A DNA stretch of 64,000 nt from the NCBI RefSeq assembly GCF_009914755.1, contig NC_060940.1; one strand, given 5' to 3'. This document shows, piece after piece, positions 25,855-39,623 of this stretch (its first letter is position 1; every line of letters starts with the position of its first letter). The notes under the pieces were generated by a model. The model made no database searches and was not told where the DNA came from. It worked only from the letters and a program-made list of their open reading frames with translations. The translations under genes were made by a program, and so were the position numbers. Source of the DNA: the human T2T-CHM13v2.0 reference genome, Homo sapiens.

Positions 25855-26363
25855 CTAAATGAAAGAATAATCAATTGACAGTTGAATAAATAATTTTTAA
25901 ATTAATCCTGTAATCATCCTAAATTAAACATGTTACCATTTTAATTAAACAACCAGTTTTCAGTAAAAGCATACTAAAATGACCAAAGCAGTGTGACATA
26001 AAGGTTATAATAAAGTTATGCTAAAGTCAAAATATTGAAGTTATGAGCATGTTGTCTTAAAAGAAAACAATATAATTAAATAAATATAAAAACCATATGG
26101 AATATAAAATTTACTTTTTTTGCAAAGGCATTTTTTTCAGTTTCTATGCCATTGAGGTGTTGTATGTAATATAAAACAACTATTTTATATAATAACACAT
26201 TTAGGTATTTGAGATTTTGCTCTTTTTTATTCAACATAAGTTTTGCATTAAACTACCAATGCATAGACCATCCTGTTTTCTTAAACTTTTGGCTGATTCA
26301 GATCTATAAACTTTAAAGTGACTCATCTAGTGCCAGCTTTGGCCATTCGTAGCCCAGACTTAC

Positions 26364-26447
26364 TTATTTCCTGGCTATGGTGGTGCTTCCCATCATTCCA
26401 GCATGTCGATTCAAAATCAATGACAATTAAGTAGTCAAACAACTGCT
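26364..26447 (-). CDS. ERI2: ERI2 exon 3, DEDDh Exo I motif
   Basis: TGCAG acceptor, GTAAGT donor; QLFDYLIVIDFESTCWNDGKHHHSQEI (D-F-E). Confidence 0.96.
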
Positions 26448-26533
26448 CTGCAAAAGATCAAGTTGTTCTTATGCTTTACCAGTGCTGAAAATGCAAGGCT
26501 ACAAAATGCAAAGAAACTAAGCATACTACTCAC

Positions 26534-26601
26534 TGGATTTGCTTCTTCCGAGATTTCCATTTGCTGGCGCAATTGACTTTCTCCTAATTAATCCAAGCTG
26601 C
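26534..26601 (-). CDS. ERI2: ERI2 exon 2
   Basis: TTTTAG acceptor, GTGAGT donor; QLGLIRRKSIAPANGNLGRSKS. Confidence 0.92.
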
Positions 26602-26789
26602 CTAAAAATGTGAAGCAATCCAAATATGATCAATGAACTCATTCACACTCCTGTTTGAGTAGGCTACCAAACTAATGGTACTGGGCAACAATCTCATTAT
26701 TTATTGTGACTGAGGGGAAATCGAACTGGACTTTGGCTTTACCTGCACAGGCCTCGAAAGTACATATTTGCAAATTAGGCTAATTTGTT

Positions 26790-28365
<1,576 letters not shown>

Positions 28366-28384
28366 GATCACTAGAAAATGGGTT

Positions 28385-28967
28385 TGTAAAAAGTAGAGGT
28401 TCCTCTTCAAAGACTTCCTTCCCCGTCTAATTAGGAATAAATAGTAACTTCTCTTAGAGCAAAATTTATTCAAAGACCTGTGCTAACATTCTTAAATATC
28501 TGCTAGATATAATAAAGAAATCAATGTACTTTATGTTCTTAGCTCCCACAATTTAGCCTAAATATTTGCCCTGGCATGCTTATACTGGTCCAATCAAACA
28601 TTAGGTCATAGCCTGTTCCTCTTCCTTACTTAAAAGTGTTTTTACCTTTCTCAGCATTCCACAAGTTACTTCCTTCTTCCTTTGTTCTCCTCTGCCTTTG
28701 CCTCTTTTAAAAAGTTCTATGTTGCTAGTCAGTCGGGACAAATACAGAATGTGAGGTCCCGTTCCAGCCAAAGGAAACCGGACACAGCAGTAGGGTGGAC
28801 GCGCCACGTTATAAATGACCCTGTCTCCTTTGTTCAGTGTACTCTCCTGGCAAAACTGCTGGCGAGTGTACCCTTTCTGCAGGAAGTAAAAATGGCCTTA
28901 CTAAATAAATTAAATTTAAGTTTAAGTTCTATTTCTTTACAGCACCGAGGAACGAGCATTTCGAACA
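28385..28967 (+). mobile_element. Solo ERV1 LTR (LTR10-type, probably LTR10C)
   Basis: TG...CA termini, 4-bp TSD GGTT (28381-84, 28968-71), TATAAA 28810-15; family from recalled consensus. Confidence 0.85.
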
Positions 28968-29338
28968 GGTTGAACACCTTGACAGATTCAGTGTGTGGCC
29001 TGCCTGAGACCTCCAACCAGTCTGCAGGGCACTGTCACGTCCAGTCGTTTCCCAAGGCCTAAAATAGGCAGGCACTGGCTCAAGGCCACACAGTCAAGGC
29101 CCCAGGGTTCGTCCGCCTCGGGCTCCTGTCACCCTCGGGTAGAAGGTGGCCCAAGGCTGAAGACCGAGGTCCAGGGAGGCGCCTTTCCAACCGTGCCAGA
29201 GAGGGCAGGTCGCAGACGCCGGGGCTGCGGGGAATAGAGGCCCTCACCGCAGATGCCACCTGCCGTGCCCTGCTCTGCGGCCAACGCCAGCGCTGGACCC
29301 GGAGCTACCCGCCCCCGACCCGGAACTCCCTCGAGTAC

Positions 29339-29361
29339 CGCGCGAGCCGCTTGGTCGCCAT
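29339..29361 (-). CDS. ERI2: ERI2 exon 1 coding part (MATKRLAR)
   Basis: ATG at 29361 in strong context (GGGAATGG); GTACTC donor at 29338; phase 2 matches next exon. Confidence 0.9.
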
Positions 29362-29426
29362 TCCCGACACTCCTTGCTTTTCCAAGTCCAGCTGCCGGAA
29401 GTCGCTCGACTTCTACTTCCGGTCCG

Positions 29427-29441
29427 TTCAAAAAGCCCGCG
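29427..29441 (-). promoter_or_regulatory. CDE/CHR tandem element
   Basis: Minus strand CGCGG-GCTT-TTTGAA: CDE, 4-nt spacer, canonical CHR. Confidence 0.75.
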
Positions 29442-29559
29442 AGGCTGAGGGGCGGTTGTTGTTGGCAGCTGTGGCTAAGGAGGGGAGAACCTCTGCTCCC
29501 CGCCCGTCTTCTCTTCTGCGTTTCCCGGGCTAGGGGGCGTGGGGAGTGGTTTTAGGCGG

Positions 29560-29636
29560 CGAAGCCGCTCGGCAGCACCTTCCTTCTTTGCCAGGCAGAC
29601 GCCCGTTGTAGCCGTTGGGGAACCGTTGAGAATCCG
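29560..29636 (+). other. REXO5: REXO5 non-coding first exon (5' end approximate)
   Basis: CCG|GTAACC donor at 29637 pairs with the CTTTCTCCACAG acceptor ending 29882, two nt before the ATG; TSS not determinable. Confidence 0.6.
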
Positions 29637-29884
29637 GTAACCGATGCGGACGGTAAAGCCGTTTGGGTTAGAGCGGCGCGGGTGTCCAGTCCGCGGAACG
29701 GGGAGATCGTTGGCACCTTCGCTTTTTTAGGGGAACGGGGATAGTTCGGTAAACTGAATTGAGAAGCGGATCCGAGGGAGGTTGAAAGCTGTCAAGCCCG
29801 TGTAGCTCTCCCGCTAGGAGGCGGCACGCGGGGGAATAGGGGCGCTGGAGTTTCCCCAGCTCTACCTCATCTTTCTCCACAGCC

Positions 29885-30022
29885 ATGGAGCCAGAGAGGG
29901 AAGGGACCGAGAGACACCCCAGGAAGGTCAGGGAAAGCAGGCAGGCCCCAAATAAGCTGGTCGGGGCAGCTGAGGCGATGAAAGCCGGTTGGGATCTCGA
30001 GGAGAGTCAGCCCGAGGCCAAG
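29885..30022 (+). CDS. REXO5: REXO5 RNA exonuclease 5 (NEF-sp), first coding exon
   Basis: GCCATGG Kozak; MEPEREGTERHPRKVRESRQAPNKLVGAAEAMKAGWDLEESQPEAK; GTGAGC donor. Confidence 0.92.
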
Positions 30023-30227
30023 GTGAGCAACGGGGATCCCGAGCAGGCGGCCCTAGGCGGTTTGGAGCTCCCGGACCCTCGCCCAACCGCCGTCGGGGGC
30101 ACTGGATTCGGGCGGGCTCTCCGCCCTGGCCTCTCCGAACCTGATCCCTGATCATTAAAATGGGAATGAGTGTAATACCACCTTCCTGCAACAAGGCTGT
30201 CATTGGCTGTCACTGGGATAGTGAGTC

Positions 30228-30705
30228 GGCCGAGTGCGGTGGCTCATGCCTGTAATTCCAGCACTTTGGGAGGCCGAGGCGGGCGGATCACGAGGTCAGG
30301 AGTTCGAGACCAGCCTTGTCAACATGGAGAAATCCCCGTCTCTACCAAAAACACACACACAAAATTAGCCAGGCGTGGTAGTGGGTGACTGTAATCCCAC
30401 CTACTTGGGAGGCTGAGGCAGGAGAATCGCTAGAACCCAGGAACCAGAGGTTGCAATGAGCCAAGACCACGCCATTACACTCCACCCTGGACAACAAGAA
30501 AGAAATCACGTCTCAGAAAAAAAAAAAAAAAAAAAAAAACTGGGATGGTGGGCCGGGTGCAGTGGCTCACGCCTGTAATCCCAGCAGTTTGGGAGGCCAA
30601 GGCGGGAGCATCATTTGAGGCCAGGAATTCAAGACCAGCCTGGGCAATATAGCAAGGACCCCATCTCTTAAAAAAAAAAAACAAAAAACAAAACAAAAAA
30701 AAAAC
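30228..30705 (+). mobile_element. Full Alu followed by an Alu left monomer
   Basis: Alu 30228-30540 with TSD ACTGGGAT(A/G)GTG; monomer 30550-30705. Confidence 0.92.
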
Positions 30706-30792
30706 TGCCTGTACATAATAGGAATGTTCATCGATATCCTGGGGCACAAAAATACAATTCCTTGCCCTCGTGCAGTTTACATTCCAGTAGGG

Positions 30793-31161
30793 CGGGGGTC
30801 CCCAACCCCCTGTGCACAGACTAGTACCTGCCTGTCCATGGGGTCCCCAACCCACTGTCCACAGCTGGCCTGTTAGGAACCGGGCCACAAAGCAGCAGGA
30901 GGTGAGCGGTGGCCGATAGAACGTTACCCCCTGAGCTCCACCTAGGCATTAGATTCTCATAGGAATGTGCCAAACCTATTGTGAGCCCTATTGTGAACTT
31001 TGCATACGAGGGTCCTAGGTGGCATGCTGCTTATGAGACTCTAATGATAAATGTAATGCACTTGAATCACCCCGAAACCATCCCCCCAGCCCTTCTCCCA
31101 GTCAGTGGAAAGATTATCTAACACGAAACCGGTCCCTGGTGCCAACGGTTGGGGACCGCTG
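30793..31161. mobile_element. MER1-type hAT-Charlie element
   Basis: TIRs GGGGTCCCCAACC...GGTTGGGGACCGCTG; 8-bp TSD CA(G/A)TAGGG at 30785-92 and 31162-69. Confidence 0.85.
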
Positions 31162-31544
31162 CAATAGGGGAATAAAAAGGCTGATTATCCCTATCATCCT
31201 TACCATTTACTGAGAACTAAATATACTTCATTCATCCCTTCAGTCGTTCATTGGGCTTTTTTGTTTGTTTTTGTGTTTGAGACAGGGTCTCTGCTCTGCT
31301 GGACTCAGGCTGGACTACAGTGGTGTGACAAGGATCCTCCTGTCTCTGCCTCTTACAGGCATGAGCCACTGCACCCAGCTATTCATTGGTTTTTATTGTC
31401 TGCCATGTGCTGGGGCACTGACCTAGGTGCTTGGGGTACATCAGTGAATCAAGTTCACTGCCCTAGTAGGTCTTATATTCTAGTGGGCAGAGACAAATGA
31501 TAAAAATAAGTTATAATATGTGAGAGAGGGATTAGGGATGTGAT

Positions 31545-31957
31545 TTTTTTTTTTTTTTTTTTTTTTGAGGTGGAGTCTCCCTCTGTTGCCCAGGCTGGAT
31601 TTGGCTCACTGCAACTTTTGCCTCCCAGGTTGAAGTGATCCTCCCACCTCAGTTCCACCAATTAGATGGGACTACAGATGTGTGCCACTGTGCCAGCTAA
31701 TTTTTCTTTTTTTTGTAGAGACGGGGTTTTGCCATGTTGCCCAGGCTGGTCTTGAACTCCTGGACTTAAGCGATCTGTCCACCTTGGCCTCTGCAAGTTC
31801 TGGGATTACAGGCATGAGCCACTGCTTTTTTTTGTTTTTTTTTCGTTTGTTTTTTTTTAAAGAGAGACAGGGTCTCCAACTCCTGGGATCAGGAGATTCA
31901 CCTGCCTCAGCCTCCCATAGTGCTGGGGATTACATGTGTGAGCCACTGCACCCAGCT
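31545..31957 (-). mobile_element. Alu plus adjacent Alu monomer
   Basis: Poly-T, dimeric Alu, second T-rich tract and monomer. Confidence 0.85.
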
Positions 31958-33339
31958 GAAAATTTTTTTTATTAAAGTGGGATTCCAGTTTTTTTGCCTA
32001 TCAAATTTGCAAAAAAATGTTTAATGTTTATGTGGTTAGTGTAAGGAGATTGACAATCACATATTTTGTTATGTTGAAACAATCTCAAACTTTTAGAAAA
32101 GTTGTAAGAATAGTATCAAAACCTCCCCTCAACCAACATTTGAAAGTAGTTGCTGACACAATGGTCTTTTTCTACCCACCCTCAAGATATTTTATTATAT
32201 ATTCTCTATAAACCTACATAATCACAATGCAACCATCAAAATTGGAAATTACCATGGATATATCATGACCATCTACTCCTCAGATGCCATCCAAATTTTC
32301 TGTAGTTGTTTGAATAACGCTTTTTAGCAATAAGATCCAGTCTAGAATTGTGTTAAATTTAATTGTCATGTCTCCATCAAACAGTTCCTTAGTCTTCCCT
32401 TGATATTCATGACTTTACTGCATTTGAATAATCCTGGGCCAATTATTTTGTTGAATGTCCCTTAAATTAGATTTGTCTGTTTCTTCATTGATTAGATTCA
32501 GGTTATATACATCTTTAGCAGGAATATCACAGGAGTGATACTCTGCTCCCTTGCAGATTGTACACAATTTGATTTGTCCCATTATTGGTGATATTAACCT
32601 TGATAACTAGATTAAGATAGTTTCTACTAAAGTTCTCTAAAGTTATCTTTTTCTCTGTGTAATTTTCATTCTTATTTTTTTGAGACAGGATCTTGCTATA
32701 TTGCCCAGGCTAGTCTGGAATTCCTGGGCTAAAGCAATCCTCCCACCTCAGCCTCAGTGTAGCTGAGGTTACAGGCCCAAGCCACTGCTCCCAGCTGTCT
32801 GTAATGTGCTTCCTCAAACACTTTGGGCTTATGCATTTACTTTTTTATCAGTATGATGAACTCAGTGGTACCTATTTTGTTCAGTGTGTTACTATCTTTT
32901 ACTGGATTGTGATGCTTTAAATATCCAAGATTTTGTCATTAAGCTAGCTTCTGTGGCCTTTTGACATGACAACATCATTCTTTGAGCATGTCATTACTTT
33001 CTGGCACAAGAAGATATTCCAGGCTCATATGTGCTTTCCCTGCCCCAAGCCTGGAATCAGTCATTTCTCTTAGGGTACCTGGTTCTTTTTAGTGTAGAAT
33101 GATATTTAGATTTGGGTGCTATGGTGATGTTAATACAGATGCTTCTTCACTTAAAATAAGATTACGTCCCAATAAATCCATCGTAAATTGAAAATTTTGT
33201 AAGTTGAAAGTGTATACACACACACATACTTACATTTAAATATTTTTCTGTATTTTACTTATGTGAATTCACATCAGTATCTCCACTTTAATCCAAATCC
33301 AGTAATACAGGGTTCATTCTATTCATTCTAGTTTTCTCC

Positions 33340-33626
33340 TTTTTTTTTTTCTTTTGAGACAAAAGTCTTGCCCTGTCACCCAGGCTGGAGTGCAGTGGCA
33401 TGATCTCTGCTCATTGCAACCTCTCCCTCCCAGCGATTCTCCTACCTCAGCCTCCTGAGTAGCTGGGATTACAGGCACCCACCACCACGCCTGGCTAATT
33501 TTTGTACATTTAGTGGAGATGGCGTTTGACCATGTTGGCTGGTCTCAAATTCATGACCTCAAGTGATCTGCCCACCTCGGCTTCGCAAAGTGTTGGGATT
33601 ACAGGCGTGAACCACCGCGCCCAGTC
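33340..33626 (-). mobile_element. Alu inside an old L1 remnant
   Basis: Poly-T plus dimeric Alu. Confidence 0.92.
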
Positions 33627-35150
33627 CATTTTCATATTTGTAACTTCCTTCACTAACAATGAGAAACCCGACACCCAACATCTTCAGTATATTTGATCAA
33701 TCCTTATTGCTGCCGCTGACCCACCCTCACACCCTCTTGACTCTGCTTAGGCTCTGTCACCCTGCACTGGCTCCATCACCTTGTACCAGGTCATCTTCCT
33801 TTGTGAGCACCCTCATCCTATGACAGGTGGCTGCCACCATCCCTCTCAGGTTTATACCCTCATCCTGTTCAGGCTTTAAACCCTGCAACAGGCCACTACT
33901 GTCCCTCAGCATTGATGCCCTCCTTACCCTAAATAGTTTCTGACATCTGATGTCAGGACTCACTGCCCTCCCTTCCTTCCTGTATGGGTGACGTCCTTGT
34001 GCTGCTGAGGCTTTGACACCCCACACCAGAGCACCCTCCTGCATGAATGTCCTCAGCTTCTGCTCCTAGTCCTGGACTGTCTCCTCTACAGGACACCTTC
34101 CTCACCCAACTCAGGCTCTTGACATCCCATGCCTGGCAACCAGGGTTACTCACCGCCATATAGACTCCATCTTGCTCAGTCTCACCTTATTAATCTCATG
34201 TTTTTATTTGGTAAAAACAAACTGGCATATTCTTTCAGGAGTTCATTTGAACCAGGAATTGATCCTAAGAAAGTAGATAGATGTACAAAGGTGTCTGTAC
34301 AAGGATGTTCATCATAATGTTGTTTGTAATTTAAAAAACCAGTGTTATCAATAGGGAATGTTTTTCAGATATATTATAAATTTTCAGGTAAATTTAGAAA
34401 ATGGACTATTATTCAAGTATTAAAATTGATTTTTTTTAACTGATATGGAAAGATACAGCTTAAGTTCGGGAGTAGGGAGTTGGTTTCAAAAAAGAATGAT
34501 TGATAAAATCCACTGCGGGCTGTATAGTATAGAGATAAGCCTGCATTCCAGTCTTGGTTCTATCATTTATCTGTCTCTCCAATTTATCTGTAAAATGGGG
34601 ATGATAGTAGTACACACTTACAAAGTTGTGAGAATTAAATGATTTAATGCATGTAAAATGATCAGAACTGTGTTTCGCTAATGTAAGAGTTTAACATTAG
34701 CTTAAGGCCATGGGAATACATTAGCAATAATATCTAATGTTTATTAAGTACTTATGTCAGGTACTAGCCTCAGTACATTGTACTTGAACTATTTCATTGG
34801 TCCTCCCAATTATTTAATGAGATAAAATTATAATTACTCTCTAGATGAGGAAACTGAGTCTTAGAAAGGCTATGGCACTGGTCCAAGATGATGATGATGG
34901 TCCAAGGCTATGGCACTGGTCCAAGCCTGGTGTTTGAACTCAGGTAGTATGACTAGGGCTTGAGCTTCTAACCGCTATGCTCTGCTGCCTCGCAGACCAA
35001 AACGAAAGTGGTGATTACCTCTAAGTTGTACTTTTATTTTAATTATCTCTGAGGTGACTTTTATTTTCGTTTCTCTGTATCATTTATTTTACAATTCTCT
35101 GTTAATGAGTCTTTTGTAACAAACACGAATTACTTTATTAAACAAATATA

Positions 35151-35470
35151 GGCTGGGCGTGGTGACTATAGGCCGGGCGTGGTGGCTCATGCTTGTAATC
35201 CCAGCACTTTGGGAGGCTGAGGAGAGCAGATCGCTTGAGCTCAGGAGCTCGAGACCAGCCTGGGCAACATGGTAAAAACTCATCTCTACCAAAAATACAA
35301 AAAAAATTAGCCAGGTGTGGTGGCATACATCTGTGGTCCCAGCTACTCAGGACACTGAGGCAGGAGGATCGCTTGAGCCTGGGAGGCAGAGGTTGTAGTG
35401 AGCAAAGATAGCGCCACTGTACTCCATCCTGGGTGACAGAGTGAGACTCTGTCTCAGAAAAGAAAAAAAC
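35151..35470 (+). mobile_element. Alu with duplicated 5' end
   Basis: Dimeric Alu; 20-bp tandem duplication at the head; TSD AAACAA(A/G)TATA. Confidence 0.92.
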
Positions 35471-36120
35471 AAGTATAAGTTCAAAGCCTTTTTAAAGGGG
35501 TTGGGAGCTTTGCTGAACTCTTGTTGCCCAGGGGATAAATTCTGATTCATTAGCTTAGGCCGCATTGATCTATGATCTGGCTCCTGCTTCCCTCTCCTCA
35601 TACCTCCACTACTATGCAACATGCAATCCTGGCTCCTTGCCAAACCATACTACATGTTGAATGCGATGTTCCCTCCAACATGGCATTGTTTTCAAGGCTC
35701 AGCCTCAGTATTTTCATCTCAGTAGCCTTCCCCAAACTCTCTAACCCCTAAGGCAGTTAGACTCCTTGTTCTCATAGCTTTGTAATAGCACTTACCCACA
35801 CTGTGTTGGAATTAGCTATTGCTTTCTCTCCCTAGTAGAATGGACTCTTTGAGAGCATGAATTATGCTTTATTTATCCTATTCCTAGCATGTAACCAAGT
35901 ATCTATAATTCAGTTTTGTGTCAATGATAATTACTTTATTAATAATGTCATACCTACCACATATTGTTATTTTAGGCCATCATTTTCAATTAATTAGCAC
36001 TTCCTTATGTTAGAATATACCTGTATGTTAAAGTAATCAGAAGCTAGAATAATTTAACTTGCTTTGTTGGTATTCTTGATAACCAATAATGGCTTGCTAC
36101 GCCCTGATTAATCTTTGCAG

Positions 36121-36233
36121 AAAGCCCGCTTATCTACCATTTTATTTACTGACAACTGTGAAGTAACCCATGACCAGCTGTGTGAATTGCTGAAGTATGC
36201 AGTTCTGGGCAAATCCAATGTTCCAAAACCCAG
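36121..36233 (+). CDS. REXO5: REXO5 coding exon
   Basis: TGCAG/GTATGA; KARLSTILFTDNCEVTHDQLCELLKYAVLGKSNVPKP. Confidence 0.93.
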
Positions 36234-36688
36234 GTATGAGATGAATTTAAATGGTGGGTATTGACCAGCGGTTTCTTTTTTTTTTTTTTTTTTTTACCTC
36301 TCCCAAGCTCCATCATTCAAACCAGAGGTTTCAAACTGGCTTATCGACAGTATTTTTTTGCTATGCAGCATGTCCTGAATTTTTTATGATGGCTGCCAAG
36401 TGTTAATTCTGGAAATTCCTATATAAAAATCTACATTTTCTTCTTCCAAAAACTCAAAGATGGCAGCTATCCCTATATTCCCACATGGCAATAATTTGTC
36501 AAAGCTGAGTGGTGGTCTCCCCCTTTATATGGGACATGTATACTACAATGTCCTACCTGGCCTGCTTCCCATATTTACAGTATCTGTCTGGCTACTATAG
36601 ATATTTTAGTTTGTTTCCCGTGTTGCAGACTCAGCTGAAATAACAATGATCTGTGAAGAATTCCAGTTAATCTTTTTTCTTTCTTTTA

Positions 36689-36985
<297 letters not shown>

Positions 36986-37171
36986 TTACAGCCATCAGTC
37001 TGTCAGTTTATCTAAAACTGTTTTTTTTTTTTTTTGGTAGGTTTTATGTCTCTATTGCAACTACCCAACTTGGCCATTGTAGCCCAAAGCAGCCATACAT
37101 AACACATAGACAAATAAGCATGACTGTAGTTCAATAGTCTTATTTACAAAAATGGGTGGAGCAGGATTTGA

Positions 37172-37472
<301 letters not shown>

Positions 37473-37857
37473 AAAACTGAATTTCTTAAAGCCAGCCATT
37501 TGATTCCCTGGTTTAGGAAGGACCGCAGAGTAGGTTGGTATCTTAGGGATGACTTTGTAAAGTGAGCTTAGTTCTGATTCCAAACAAACCTTAATAGGAC
37601 TGTGAATTTAAATGCATTGCATTTTGCTTGGTATTTTACTGGATTTGAATACAACAAGTATTTATCTCTAGGGATCTTTATTTGAATTCTGTGCAATAAT
37701 GGCTGTCTTCCAGTTCCAGGCAGACGGTGAATGGTGATAAATTCTATTAACTCTCACTCACTGCTTTTCCTGCGCCTTCTCCCCTATTTCCCCTCTATAT
37801 GACTGTAACTGACTTAAGGCCATCTGTCTTAACTGTGTTGGTTTGATTTCTTGGCAG

Positions 37858-37984
37858 CTGGTGCCAGCTTTTTCATCAAAACCACCTAAACAACGTAGTG
37901 GTTTTTGTTCTGCAGGGAATGAGTCAGCTACACTTTTACAGGTTCTATTTGGAGTTTGGATGTCTTCGAAAAGCATTCAGACAT
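37858..37984 (+). CDS. REXO5: REXO5 coding exon
   Basis: GGCAG/GTAAGT; WCQLFHQNHLNNVVVFVLQGMSQLHFYRFYLEFGCLRKAFRH. Confidence 0.93.
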
Positions 37985-39046
37985 GTAAGTTAAGAATACT
38001 TTGTACTAGGGGCTGAGTCTGTTTTCCCATTCTGAGACTAATACATGTGTCAGGGACCATGCTCCTTGGCAACCTAACTGAACAAACAGTAGGGGATATA
38101 GAAAGCAAAAAGACCTTAGAGGCCTCATGTAGATTTGTCTCTGATTTTCTTTGGAAATCTAGGCAAACTCTTATTCCCAGGTTATAATCTGTAGCTCCTA
38201 GGTTGATATTGTTCTATTTTATTTGGGCTATGGTGTTTTCAGAAATTGTAAAATATAATACAAGCTGAGTTTTCTACCTCTCTTTAAAAAAATCGCAAGA
38301 TTGGGCACCCTTAAAACAGTATATGGAACTGAATAGCAGTTGTCATCTTTAAAAAGAGGCACCTGCTGTCCATTTTCCCGTAGCCTCTTCCATTTCCTAG
38401 TGACCCATTTCATCCATTTATTCCTGAAGGCATTTGAGTTGGTGAGCCCTAATTTAACCTCCCTGGGTCACCATTTTTTTTGCTTTCATTTATTGAGCAC
38501 TTCCTGTGTATCAGGCTCTCTATTAACCACGGACCACCTGCTACACGTATCATCTTTAATTATCACAATAGTCTTATAAAATAGATACTTTTTAATTTCC
38601 ATTTTGTACATGAGAAACTGAGTAACTTGCCCGAGTTCCAGCTAGTAAGTGGTAGGGCTGAAATTTAAGCCCAGGTGAACCTGAAGCTGAAGCTCTCAAC
38701 CTTTTTGCCGTGTGATACCATCTATTCTGATGGCAATGGCATGCTTTCCAATGAAATAATAGATTTGGAAGAACTTTGAAAATACAAAGGGACTTTTCTT
38801 GTCTAAGTTGTATATTTCTGTAAAGTTTGTCTATTTTACAATATATAATCATAGGGATCAGTTAGTGTTGTGTGGCTTCATTTACTTAGTCACTTTTCTA
38901 TATTAAGGAAACAGTTCTTATTTTAAAATGCTAACAATTACTGTCTAGAACTTTCAAAGCACTGAGGTGACAATAAAAGTCCAGGCCTTTCACAGTATTT
39001 TAGCTGTTTTCAACCATTTTTGTAAAACCTGTTAATATATTTTCAG

Positions 39047-39143
39047 AAATTCCGCTTGCCTCCACCATCATCTGATTTTCTAGCTGATGTTGTTGGGCTA
39101 CAAACTGAACAAAGAGCTGGAGATCTGCCCAAGACAATGGAAG
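39047..39143 (+). CDS. REXO5: REXO5 coding exon
   Basis: TTTCAG/GTATAG; KFRLPPPSSDFLADVVGLQTEQRAGDLPKTME. Confidence 0.9.
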
Positions 39144-39256
39144 GTATAGCTATGATGCTGGTTTGATGCTTTGCTCACTCTAAAAGATACGGATATGATT
39201 GTAAGTAGGTTTAGCACAACAAAACTCAATTCTAACTAGCTTAAGCACAAAAACAA

Positions 39257-39623
<367 letters not shown>

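Larger units (their letters stand above)
29050..30300. promoter_or_regulatory. CpG-island bidirectional promoter shared by ERI2 (-) and REXO5 (+)
   Basis: Only CpG-dense GC-rich stretch in the window; divergent ATGs at 29361 and 29885; ETS sites 29395-29402 and 29415-29422, CDE/CHR 29427-29441, GC boxes 29498-29505 and 29533-29544. Confidence 0.92.

Noticed and set aside
28601-30213. Overlapping ORFs across the LTR and CpG island (e.g. 28682-29062, 29129-29431, 29253-29555)
   Set aside because: Expected in LTR or GC-rich stop-poor DNA; no recognisable domain or splice partners
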